Assembly (NCBI GenBank): GCA_964016885.1
Contig: OZ024749.1
Coordinates: forward strand, 53,816,001 to 53,880,000
Length of the DNA stretch: 64,000 bases
Origin: Eledone cirrhosa
Lineage: Eukaryota
Direction of reading: 5' to 3'
This document shows positions 1-16,500 of the stretch, one piece after another (the stretch's first letter is position 1; the number at the start of each line of letters is the position of its first letter). Position numbers and translations under genes: made by a program. The notes under the pieces were generated by a model. That model did not search any database. It saw only the letters and a list, made by a program, of their open reading frames with translations, and was not told where the DNA came from.

Positions 1-371
1 GCAAAGATAAACAATTGGTTGTCTTAAATTCTTTGTCAACTCCAATATTTTTATTTCAAGTATGGTTCATATTTTTTCAGTTTCTTTTTGTTGACTGCTA
101 AAGAATGGGATATAAACACACAGACACACATACATAGACATATATAGATTTATATATCAACTGGGTAGTGGAGAATCAACATTGAAAACCAACTGGTTGA
201 TATATCAACAAACTATATCAGATATAACTACACAAGTAAAAGCCTGATGAAATCATATCATATCTGGAACATGACAACTATGTGGAAGCCCATCATATAT
301 ATGTGTTTGCACCTGTGGTTATGTTTATTCTTTGTTGATATATGGACCAGTTGGAAGACAATATCTCTCAC

Positions 372-1557
372 CTTCATATTGATGATTGAAACTGCAGCAC
401 CAAGGGCAAAAAATGGATAGATTGGATAAAGAAAACGCTCCTCCTGAAAATAGAAAAAAAAGATATAAAGAAAGTATATTTACAGTTTCTAGAGATAATA
501 ATTTATTTGTCTAACAGGTATATACACACGTCATATATAAAGGTATATATAGAGTAATATAGGGTATATGTATAATAAACATATCTATAGTCTCAGTAAT
601 AAATGTATTGCTCCTATTATTTTGGGGAGTGCAGACGTTCATAATCTTCTGATAAGTTTTTTGAGGGGTGCAACTGCTCTCCCACACCCCCAGCAATATA
701 CCCCAGGCCTCAGCATGAATATTTCAAGCTGTGATCATATCAGAGCTGCCCCAAGCTTACTGTAAAATGCTGAGGTGAAACACGTATATATTTATATATA
801 TATCTATATCTCCATATGCATACATACATATATATTATATCATATATATATATGTGTGTGTGTGTGTATATATATATTGGAATGGAAATATAAAATAGCT
901 ATTACTAACCTTATGAGGTCTTGTAAAGAATATGATAATCCATATATACATAGGTGCCATAGACAGCCACAGAGGAATACCTGGAATACAACAGATAGAA
1001 TATGTCAGTGATGATACAAACACAAGTTAAGATTCACTGACAATGAATTCTAAGAAAAATTGAATCTTCTTCTTCACCCATTTGTTTCAGAGATGGTCAT
1101 GGAGGCAAAGTCTTCAAACACAATATAGAAATTTCCCAAATGTTGATAGATGTTACTACTTAGGGTTTGCTCTTTTGTAAACCATCAAGGTCAATAAAAT
1201 AAGTAGCAGTAATATATCAGGGGTGTCCAATGAAGAACACCTCCAAAAGAAATAATAATCAACATACCTGGATTCTTTGGTTGTTTACATACAAATTTTG
1301 CCACAAGCTGAAAATAATGAAAAGAAATTCTAATGAATATTTTGTTTATAAACCAAACACCACACATATCTCTTTATTTTCGCTTTTTTTTTTTATGGAC
1401 TACCTTTTATTTTCTCTATCTATCCTTTGTGATCCTGTCTCTATTTTTGTACTCCTGAAGAAGGGCTAAAGCCCGACACATCAAACGTTCTTCCCCCTTT
1501 TCCATATAAAGCATGAAACTAATAAGATTTTTGTACCTGTTTGTTGTTTCCTTGAAC

Positions 1558-1588
<31 letters not shown>

Positions 1589-1930
1589 GCTGACATTAAA
1601 TAATGAGGATGATGAAGTTGGTGGTTGTGATGACGATGATGATGATGATGACAGACTGTAAGACAAAAATAAATATGAAATACTCACAGCTATTGGAAGA
1701 CATATCAGGGCCAAAAGAAATGCAATGTTGAAGTTTAGGAAGCCATTGAGAAAATAGAAAGAAAATGGTTCTGTTCCTGTAAAATAATAATGGTTTCTAA
1801 TTTAGGCACAAGGACAGCAATTTTGGGAGAGGGGAAAGTCGATTAAATCGACCCCAGTGTGTTTCTAGTACTTTATTTTATCAACCCCATAAGGATGAAA
1901 GGCAAAGCCCATGAACTTTTCAGCCTACCC

Positions 1931-1966
<36 letters not shown>

Positions 1967-4888
1967 GTACACACACACACATGATCACACCATTCTTTAT
2001 AGAAAACAGTATATTTTATTAGCGGGCTACAACAATGTAAATGTTAGAAAAACCTGACCAATATTTGCTGAGCTGAGAAGGACCCGTCCAATCCATGCAA
2101 ACATGGAATAGTGGACGTGATGATGACGATGATAGAAAATGAAAACTTACCATAAATATTTGGTCCATGTTCAGTGAAAATATTATAAAGGATGATATTC
2201 AACGGAGCAACAACCAATTTATCGTAGTAATAACTGTCAATAACAACTACTGGTACCTAAAATAATACAATAAACAAGTTTTTAAAGCATTAATGCTAAA
2301 GTAGGGGCTAGCTTTGTAGGAGGGCTCATGACAAGCTTCTCCATTTTGCCCTATCGCCCGCATCCCCTTCACCTGACCTAGGACATGACAAACACTCTAG
2401 TATTGAAATGTGGTTATGCTGGTGACACAATAAAATGCACTTAGGTCAAAGAATCAACAAAAAATTCAATACCAAAATAGAAATTAAAATAAGAAAGAAG
2501 TATCTGCATAATATTTACCAAAAATATAATAACTGCAATAAAAGACCAATAGAGAAAATAAGCGATTTTCTTTTTTATGAGAACATCACAAGCAATAGGT
2601 ATTCTGGAAAGAGAAGAAATAAAACCAAACATTTAATGAAGTGAAATAAAGGTGGAACAAATATTACATGAAATAACAAATGTGTTTTTTAAGAAATGAA
2701 GGCCAAAAAAATGGGAGGTGAGAGGAATCATTTTACATCTATTTTCCATACTTGCAGGGGTTTATTTATAAAAAAGCACTTAATACACAGTGAGAAGTAG
2801 GTGTGATAGGAAGGGCATCCAGTCACAGAAACCTAATAGGTCGTCCAGCTTAACACAACCACTTGGCCCTTAGGTGCCTTTTGTAGAGATCGTTTTTACA
2901 GTGAGCATTTGGACAAGATCCCAGGTTTAAGGAAACCTTCCTCTTGCCAGTCTTAGAGGGCTTTGAAAAGTGTCATGAGCAGTTCCCTTCCTCCTGACTT
3001 GATATGGAAAAATTATGTGCATAGATGATGATTGCTGGGTGAAGAAATGCCAAGAAATCCCAGTGGAAGGAAGCTGCGGTAGAGGAAGACCAAAGAAGAC
3101 CTGAATGGAAGTGGTGAGAGCTGATCCCAGATTGCTAAAGCTCATGGAAGAGATGACAAAGGTGTTAAATGATGATGAATAAGTTGTAGAAATCACTTAC
3201 CCAAGGACTACTGAAAATGGCCATCCAATGAAGGCACTGGCAGCAACAGACAATATAGCAAACTGTGGTGAGAAAGTGAAACATAATTTAATAGGAATTA
3301 CCATATATATCTGAATATAAGAATTTGAGAGCAAATCTTATTGAAATGGGGATTGTTGTAGATACTTACATGGTAGGCCTTCTGGTACCAGGCTCCCATA
3401 GCAACCATAACGAGATACATTGAGAAACTGCTGGGAAGATAGGATGAACAGGCTATGAACATCCCAGTACTAAATAACATAAGCCATAACATCAAACGTC
3501 CAACTTTGGCACCAAACAGCTTACATACTCCACTGAAAGGAATAAGAAAGGACATATATGTATATTTATATCATCATCATTATCATCATTTAATGTCTGT
3601 TTTCCCCGCAAAGATTAGATGGGGCATCAAAAACACATATATATATATATAATAATTGGAGATCAATTTAGCATCAATAGAACCATTTAGTCTGGTTAAA
3701 GACATAAAAATCCCTCCAGTGCTGGTGCTATGAAAACATACACCCAGTACACTCTGTAAAATGGTTGGCAATTAAACAGAAACAATTTAGGGGTTGAGAG
3801 AACCTTTTATTCTGGTTTATGACATGACAACCTCCCTAGTGCTGGTGCAATGATGAAATGGCCTCTAGTACACTTTGTAAAGTGGCTGATTTAAAGAAGG
3901 AGTACCAAGCCAAATATGGAACATATGAGCTTGACATGCCCTGTGATGATCCATTCGACCCATGCTAGTTTAGATAGCGGATGTATAATGCTCTTGTTGC
4001 TGATGATGATAGTAAATAAATAAATAAATAAACTTACTTATAAAAATATAACTCTGTTACAGAACATGAAATGGCAAGGATACATCTCAGGAAATAAAAC
4101 AAAAATATCTGAAAAAATAAATAAAAATAAGATAAAGATATAAAAGTTGTTAATTATGATTTCTTTAATAATAATAATAATTTTGTTTTGTGATGTATTT
4201 AGATTGTTTATTATACCAAACATTATTTGGAGGTGAGTAATGGGTGTATATAGGAATCTGTGGGAGTAGACGTAGCCAGAATTAGCTTCAATTAACAGAC
4301 CCTCCTCAGCACCAATACTCTGGACTAGGGTACTGATCTGATACACACACACATATATATAAATAGAGAGAAAAGACAATTTTGAGTCCTTACCTTATTT
4401 ACATTGATAAAGGCGTAGATCTTCATTGGAAACGCATGTAGGGTCAAATATGCATAGGACCGAATGGCATAAGATGGAGAATATTCCCACGTTTGGAAAC
4501 CTTTGTTGAACAATAAGTAGTGAGTCTGGGAGGAAAAAGATAAAGAAGAGATAAATACTAGTAGGGTCAGTCAGATATAAACTTGAGTAAAATAAAGTAA
4601 TTTGAAGAGGTAATACTGAAACTTCAAAGTCCCTACCAACCTTTTCTTCAGAATATAAATCTTACACACTGTCAGATATATTGAGTGCTCACTCAGTCTA
4701 TGTTTGAATGTTCTATTATTACTGTTCGATTACTAATACTTACAGGTTCCCAATAATTGTAGGTCTCGTCACAATCAGAAATTCCAGTCCACAGTGCAGC
4801 ACACAAGCGTGCAGACATGAGTATTTTGAAAGCAGCATAACTCCCAGGAGTCCAAGGTTCATCTTGTGGGATGCTGACCAGTTCATTT
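372..4888 (-). CDS. ALG9: Alpha-1,2-mannosyltransferase ALG9 (partial, 11 internal exons; 3' part lies left of the window, exon 1 not securely located)
   Basis: Exons with AG/GT ends and continuous phase: 4744-4888 (QDEPWTPGSYAAFKILMSARLCAALWTGISDCDETYNYWEP), 4394-4525 (THYLLFNKGFQTWEYSPSYAIRSYAY), 4038-4108 (IFLFYFLRCILA), 3370-3532 (STGMFIACSSYLPSSFSMY), 3201-3262 (GWPFS), 2519-2603, 2151-2256 (IDSYYYDKLVVAPLNIILYN), 1688-1776 (GTEPFSFYFLNGFLNFN), 1268-1307, 910-980 (APMYIWIIIFFTRPHK), 372-443 (EERFLYPIYP). These are the hallmark ALG9/GT22 motifs. Confidence 0.96.
1452..1485 (+). ncRNA. Degenerate Penelope-type minimal hammerhead motif in an ALG9 intron
   Basis: CTGAAGA-a-gggc-taaa-gccc-GAcA-cat: core and stem II intact, GAAA mutated; the element runs into a (TA)n tract at about 1558. 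Confidence 0.45.
1786..1908 (-). mobile_element. Nin-domain tRNA-SINE fragment
   Basis: Reverse complement of the GCCTTTCATCCTT...GTTGATAAAATAAAGTAC core seen in many copies in this window. Confidence 0.7.
2985..3178 (+). mobile_element. RTE LINE 3' fragment
   Basis: Decayed C-terminal RT ORF (KKCQEIPVEGSCGRGRPKKT*MEVVRAD), homologous to the RTE ends at 5429-5940 and 48250-48580. Confidence 0.7.
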
Positions 4889-5228
4889 CTGAAAAGGATT
4901 AAGAACATTTACAAAAAATAAAAGATAAATAAACCTAATTACATTTGCAATTAACATTTCAACATATGATCAGTCCACCATGTAAGTGTGTTGGTGACAT
5001 TACAAAAAGCACCCAGTCCGCCCTGTAAAGTGGTTGTGTTAGTGAGATGACAAAAAGCACCCAGTCCAGCCTATAATGTGGTTGTGTTGAGGTCACAGCA
5101 ACAGTGTGAGCTCAGCCGTTGGGCACTAACTTTTGTAATTATACATACATTCTACTTTCCCAAATATCTAGTTCTTAGCAGGATATAGTCTTACTATTCT
5201 AACTAGTAACTCTCTCTCTCTCTCTATA

Positions 5229-5428
5229 NNNNNNNNNNNNNNNNNNNNNNNNNNNNNNNNNNNNNNNNNNNNNNNNNNNNNNNNNNNNNNNNNNNNNNNN
5301 NNNNNNNNNNNNNNNNNNNNNNNNNNNNNNNNNNNNNNNNNNNNNNNNNNNNNNNNNNNNNNNNNNNNNNNNNNNNNNNNNNNNNNNNNNNNNNNNNNNN
5401 NNNNNNNNNNNNNNNNNNNNNNNNNNNN
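5229..5428. other. Assembly gap (200 N)
   Basis: Run of 200 n. Confidence 0.99.
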
Positions 5429-7529
<2,101 letters not shown>

Positions 7530-8421
7530 TCATCATCATCATCATCATCATCAACGTTTAACGTCCGTGTTCCACGCTTGCATGGGTTTGGACGGGGGTA
7601 GTCCCACTTGAGGCAAGAGTGATTTTCTTGCTCGCATAGGACTGTCTGGCAGGTTTTCTACAGTTGGATGCCTTTCCTAACACCAACCACATTTACAGTG
7701 TGGGTCTGGGAGGTTTTTACCATGTTGCCTACACGGCCACATTACAGCGTGGACTGTGTGTTTTTTGTCGTGACACCTACACGATCTCATTTGTTTCGGC
7801 CTGGATGGCGCGGCACCAACATAACTTTACATAGAACGGGGTGGTGTGGATGGGGTGGGGGTGGTGGTGGTGGGACGGGGTGTATTTTGTTAGAGATGCC
7901 TACTGGCAAGGCGGGTCTTCTCTATTACTGAGTACCGCCAAAGGTCTCGGTCCAGTGACATTGTCTTGGTGAGGTGTAAGTGTGTGAGGTCGGTGTTTAT
8001 CAGCTCGTCCCAGGTTTTTCTGGGTCTACCTATTCCGTGGCTACCGTCTATCTTTATTGCCCTGCACTTTGTTATACAGCTATCATCCTTCATGCGCATC
8101 ACGTGACCATACCAACGTAGCCTTCTCTCTAGTAAACAACATCTGATCCCTCTTATTTCTAATTTTTTCCTTAGTTCGTTTATGCTTTGTCGTTCACGTA
8201 TATTACTATTACACATCCAGCGGAGCATGCAAGCTTCGTTTCTCTCTAGTCTGCGTATATCCTCTGCACACAATGCCCAGGTCTCACTGCCATGCAACAT
8301 TGCTGTTCGTATGCAGGCATCGTACAGCCTGCCTTTCATTTTTAGGGAGAACCCTTTAGCAGCTAATAGTGGTATAAGCTCTCTGAACTTTTTCTACCCA
8401 GTTCTGACTCTAGCTACTGTA
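7530..8421 (-). mobile_element. RTE-clade LINE, 5'-truncated, inverted relative to 5429-6299
   Basis: ORF 7890-8339 is almost identical to ORF 5491-5940 (4 aa differences); same 3'UTR and tail. Confidence 0.92.
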
Positions 8422-8877
8422 CTATATGTATATGTATATATATGTATATATATATATGTATATATATATATGTATATATATGTATATGTATATATATGTA
8501 TATGTATATATATGTATATGTATATATATGTATATATATATATATGTATATATATATGTATATATATATATGTATATGTATATATATATATGTATATATA
8601 TGTATATATATACATATATATGTATATATATGTATATATGTATATATATGTATATATATGTATATATGTATATATATATATGTATATATGTATATATATG
8701 TATATGTATATATATATATGTATATATATATATATGTATATATATGCAAAAGTTTTATTTAAAATTGTTGGGTTACAACAAGTAAATATTTTATAACTGA
8801 TATAAAGCACTCAACAAGTTTTGGAGTAGATATACGATATTAAACAAATGGAAACTATATTTATAAAACCATATTTA

Positions 8878-8939
8878 TTTCATTATACATATTTCGGGGA
8901 TACCATATTAAAAATATGGCATGCCTTCTTCAGATAAAA
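8878..8939 (-). ncRNA. Type I hammerhead ribozyme (family B)
   Basis: Reverse complement of the 9081-9142 motif. Confidence 0.7.
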
Positions 8940-9080
8940 TACAATATATAAGCAGTTTTATAAATAATTTTGACGTACGATAAATATTGATCAACTTTCA
9001 CGTAAGAAGTTAACCAACTTGAAAGTTGATCAATATTTATGGTACGTCAAAATTATTTATAAAACTGCTTATATATTGTA

Positions 9081-9142
9081 TTTTATCTGAAGAAGGCATG
9101 CCATATTTTTAATATGGTATCCCCGAAATATGTATAATGAAA
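9081..9142 (+). ncRNA. Type I hammerhead ribozyme (family B)
   Basis: ttttat-CTGAAGA-a-ggcatgccatat(tttta)atatggtatcccc-GAAA-tatgta-TA-atgaaa: stem I ttttat/atgaaa, long stem II, minimal stem III, AUA cleavage triplet. Confidence 0.7.
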
Positions 9143-9184
9143 TAAATATGGTTTTATAAATATAGTTTCCATTTGTTTAATATC

Positions 9185-9766
<582 letters not shown>

Positions 9767-10180
9767 GTCGGGAGAGATGACCCCTTAGCCTTTGTCAAGG
9801 CAGAATTCTAGGAGAAGGAAAACTCTGATATAACACCTGCAACCCTGATGGTATCCAATGATGTTGACTTGTTCTTCTTTTTGGTAAATATCATCTTGGT
9901 TAAGAGAGTGGGACTGGCTTTGTGCAGTGCCTTTGCTCACTATAAAAGCTTCACGGCACAGGCATTGCTTTATATCTGGAGATCTCTCTGCACTTGTCCT
10001 CACATGGTACCATGGGCCCAGCACTATGTGTCAATAATTGTCACAAGTGTAGTGTTTGTACCAGAGGTTTCAAGTCGCTGGCTGGACAAAAAGTCACACT
10101 CGTTCAGCGCTTCGGTAGGGGTTCTCCTACATGGATATAAAGTAGTGGCCGTACTCGAAAACGAGTTGGCAGCCACCATA
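9767..10180 (+). mobile_element. Bipartite non-autonomous RTE derivative (RTE 5'UTR joined to RTE 3' end) inside (TA)n
   Basis: 5' part tagcctttgtcaaggcagaattctaggagaaggaaaactctgatat is shared with 59001-59330 (-); 3' part encodes a decayed [13 protein letters not shown] zinc finger and ends ggccgtactcgaaaacgagttggcagccacca, like 18926-18960. Confidence 0.7.
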
Positions 10181-12215
<2,035 letters not shown>

Positions 12216-12494
12216 TTGATATAGCTATATATACATATTTTATTCTTTTCTTGATACTAGTGATGAGCGAAAGTGTTGTATATACACACAAATGTTGCTA
12301 TAGTGTAGCGCCTATGTTGTACATGGTTACTAACATTTGCACATCTATGTTGAGTATGCTTGACTGAATGTTCTGCACCAGTGTGCACTCATTAAGTGCA
12401 TAGATGACTTCAAAATTAAAACACACTGTACAAACAGCTATTAATTGATGTATAAAGAAGAACATAATATATAATCATCATTGTTGTTTAACAT

Positions 12495-12525
<31 letters not shown>

Positions 12526-12528
<3 letters not shown>

Positions 12529-13000
12529 TCATCATCATCATCATCGTTTAACGTCCATGTTCCACGCTTGCATGGGTTTGGACGGGAGTTTTCCCACTTG
12601 AGGCAAGAGTGGTTGTCATTGCTCGCATAGGACTGTCTGGCGGGTTTTCTACAGCTGGATGCCCTTCCTAACACCAACCACATTTACAGTGTGGGGCTGG
12701 GAGGTTTTTACCGTGTTGCCTACACGGCCACATTACAGCGTGGACTGTCTGGCGGGTTTTCTACAGCTGGATGCCCTTCCTAACACCAACCACATTTACA
12801 GTGTGGGGCTGGGAGGTTTTTACCGTGTTGCCTACACGGCCACATTACAGCGTGGACTGTCTGGCGGGTTTTCTACAGCTGGATGCCCTTCCTAACACCA
12901 ACCACATTTACAGTGTGGGACTGGGAGGTTTTTACCGTGTTACCTACACGGCCACATTACAGCGTGGACTGTGTGTTTTTTAGTCGTGACACCTACACGA

Positions 13001-13005
<5 letters not shown>
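12526..13005 (-). mobile_element. RTE 3'UTR copy with an internal 112-bp tandem triplication
   Basis: Same 3'UTR as 5941-6299; unit ggactgtctggcgggttttctacagctggatgcccttcctaacacc repeats every 112 bp. Confidence 0.85.
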
Positions 13006-13036
<31 letters not shown>

Positions 13037-13088
13037 TCATCATCATCATCATCATCGGGTTTAGCGTCCGTGATGATGATGAATTTTT

Positions 13089-13124
<36 letters not shown>

Positions 13125-13373
13125 GGGAGGTATAGAGATTGTTTTAGCAAGAAGCTAACGGCATTCTATAACATATATGCGACTATAACGTCAAGATGGG
13201 AAAAGTAGTTAACGAAAGATTTAGGAAAAATAACTCAAACTCATCTCAAAAGAGAATCAGGATATAAATTCATCCACAGAATTTAGTAAAATCCAGGGAA
13301 AATCTATAGACCTTTAACTCATGATAAAATAAAGTTTGAAACACTTATCCTTCAATTTGGAATAACATCAAAT

Positions 13374-13455
13374 GCTCTGTATAGTCTTAAAAGACTATTT
13401 CATGAAAACTTTCAGTGGAGATGGTCACGGTTGGAATTTCAATCATCAGCAGAGC
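13374..13455 (-). ncRNA. Type I hammerhead ribozyme (family C) in a roughly 440-bp island (13122-13562) between (TA)n tracts
   Basis: Minus strand gctctg-CTGATGA-ttgaaa...ttttcat-GAAA-tagtctt(tt)aagacta-TA-cagagc: 6-bp stem I, 7-bp stem III, AUA triplet. Confidence 0.75.
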
Positions 13456-13562
13456 TCAACAGAAAACCAGGGCTCTCACAGTAATATAATCCGAAAAAGG
13501 GAATTCTAAAACTGGCTAGTTCGCCTTCATGTGTATTTATGAAAAAGCACATGAGGAAAAAA

Positions 13563-13675
13563 TATATGGATATATATATATATATATATATATTGATATA
13601 TATATATATATATGGATATATATATAGGGTAATTCCTACTTGTTCCTATATGGATATATATATATCCATATATAT

Positions 13676-13710
<35 letters not shown>

Positions 13711-13723
13711 CATATATATATAT

Positions 13724-13779
<56 letters not shown>

Positions 13780-13780
13780 T

Positions 13781-13819
<39 letters not shown>

Positions 13820-13965
13820 GGATATATATTTATGTATATATATACATATATATATATATCCATATATATATATGGATATATATATATATATATATACATA
13901 TCCATATATATATACATATCCATATATATATATGGATATATATATATATATCCATATATATATAT

Positions 13966-14013
<48 letters not shown>

Positions 14014-14031
14014 ATATATATATATATATAT

Positions 14032-14087
<56 letters not shown>

Positions 14088-14119
14088 GGATATATATATA
14101 TATACATATATGGATATAT
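13563..14119. repeat. (TA)n microsatellite with TGGA/TCCA interruptions
   Basis: Direct inspection. Confidence 0.9.
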
Positions 14120-14300
14120 ATGAAATACGTTCCTTCACGCACAAGGCGCCAAGGTACGCATGTATTGTCCAACCAAGTGCCAGTGTGGTTCAATGGCGAG
14201 TTAATAAATTAACGAGCCAGAACAAATATAAATAAGGTTTAGTAAATAATGAAAAAGTTTCAAAATAAATTTTTAAAAGTTGACTTTACCTACTATAGTT

Positions 14301-14384
14301 ACCTTTACCGATCGGTTTCGAATCCCAAAAATAAAACGGAGACCATACGGCCTTCGTTGCAAAGAGAGATTCTCGTCAGAAGGT
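14301..14384 (-). ncRNA. Type I hammerhead ribozyme (family A)
   Basis: Reverse complement of 15193-15276. Confidence 0.85.
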
Positions 14385-15192
14385 TCTTTTCATTCAAAGA
14401 ATATAAAATTTCTGAATTTAAATCACAAACTAGCGCTATCAAAAACTGTTCCTGGGATGAGAGTGGATGATGTAGAACAGGTTTATCAAGGGCCGTAGCA
14501 AAGATAGAGGCAAAAGGAGGTAGGTCAAACTAGCCACTGCTATTGCTAGCAGCAGTCGGAATGACCCGGTTTGTTCTCAACGTTAGTGGAGGTAGTAGTA
14601 ATATGAAATACGTTCCTTCACGCACAAGGCGCCAAGGTACGCATGTATTAGTCCAACCAAATGCCAATGTGGTTCAATGGCGGGTTAATAAATTAACAAG
14701 CCAGAACAAATATAAACAAGGTTTAGTAAATAATGAACGAAGGCCGTATGGTCTCCGTTTTATTTTTGGGATTCGAAACCGATCGGTAAAGGTAACTATA
14801 GTGGGTAAAGTCAATTTTTTAAAATTTATTTTGAAACTTTTTCATTATTTACTAAACCTTGTTTATATTTGTTCTGGCTCGTTAATTTATTAACCCGCCA
14901 TTGAACCACATTGGCATTTGGTTGGACAATACATGCGTACCTTGGCGCCTTGTGCGTGAAGGAACGTATTTCATATTACTACTACCTCCACTAACGTTGA
15001 GAACAAACCGGGTCATTCCGACTGCTGCTAGCAATAGCAGTGGCTAGTTTGACCTACCTCCTTTTGCCTCTATCTTTGCTACGGCCCTTGATAAACCTGT
15101 TCTACATCATCCACTCTCATCCCAGGAACAGTTTTTGATAGCGCTAGTTTGTGATTTAAATTCAGGAATTTTATATTCTTTGAATGAAAAGA

Positions 15193-15276
15193 ACCTTCTG
15201 ACGAGAATCTCTCTTTGCAACGAAGGCCGTATGGTCTCCGTTTTATTTTTGGGATTCGAAACCGATCGGTAAAGGT
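15193..15276 (+). ncRNA. Type I hammerhead ribozyme (family A)
   Basis: acctt-CTGACGA-gaatctc...gggattc-GAAA-ccgatcgg-TA-aaggt: all core nucleotides intact, palindromic stem III, GUA cleavage after 15271. Confidence 0.87.
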
Positions 15277-15407
15277 AACTATAGTGGGTAAAGTCAATTT
15301 TTAAAAATTTATTTTGAAACTTTTTCATTATTTACTAAACCTTGTTTATATGGATATATATATATATATATACATATATGGATATATATATATATATATA
15401 CATATAT

Positions 15408-15444
<37 letters not shown>

Positions 15445-15476
15445 TCCATATATATATATATGGATATATATATATC

Positions 15477-15808
15477 ATCCACACCCCCATCCACACCACC
15501 CCCTCCTATGTAAAGTTATGTTGGTGCCACAACATCCAGGCCGAAACAAATGAGATCGCGTAGGTGTCACGACAAAAAAACACACAGTCCACGCTGTAAT
15601 GTGGCCGTGGAGGCAACACGGTAAAAACCTTCCAGTCCCACACTGTAAACGTGGTTGGTGTTAGGAAGGGCATCCAACTGTAGAAAACCCGCCAGACAGT
15701 CCTATGCGAGCAAGACAATCACTCTTGCCTCAAGTGGGAATACCCCCGTCCAAACCCATGCAAGCGTGGAACACGGACGTTAAACGTTGATGATGATGAT
15801 GATGATGA
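15477..15808 (+). mobile_element. 5'-truncated RTE 3'UTR copy in (TA)n
   Basis: Highly similar to 5968-6299, including the (GAT)n tail. Confidence 0.85.
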
Positions 15809-16335
<527 letters not shown>

Positions 16336-16500
16336 ATAATTTTTTTTCCTCCCCCTTCTCTCTCACTCTCACTATCAAGTATCTTCTCTTATTATATCCA
16401 CCCTCCTCCCTCCAGCTCCTATATATAGTTATCACCCTCTCTCCCGCTTTATTCTGTTCATTCTACAGTTACAATATCCGAGTGTTAAGTTGTGGTCACC

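Larger units (their letters stand above)
8748..9184. mobile_element. Penelope-like pseudo-LTR remnant in fold-back arrangement
   Basis: 165-bp inverted arms 8836-9000 / 9020-9184 with a 19-bp spacer, each carrying a hammerhead; 8748-8895 is homologous (reverse complement) to 49518-49666; flanked by (TA)n. Confidence 0.75.
14120..15348. mobile_element. 483-bp hammerhead-containing tandem repeat with internal inversion (retrozyme / Penelope pseudo-LTR-like)
   Basis: 14120-14602 repeats head-to-tail at 14603-14737; 14736-15348 is the reverse complement of the same unit (period 483); no long ORF; both ends in (TA)n. Confidence 0.85.

Noticed and set aside
12255-12306. Possible decayed hammerhead gtgatgagcgaaagtg...
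   Set aside because: Core mutated at several positions and stem III cannot be formed
14941-14974. [12 protein letters not shown]|GTACGC as ALG9 exon 1
   Set aside because: Phase 1 does not match the phase-2 acceptor at 4888, and it is part of the 483-bp repeat (three copies)
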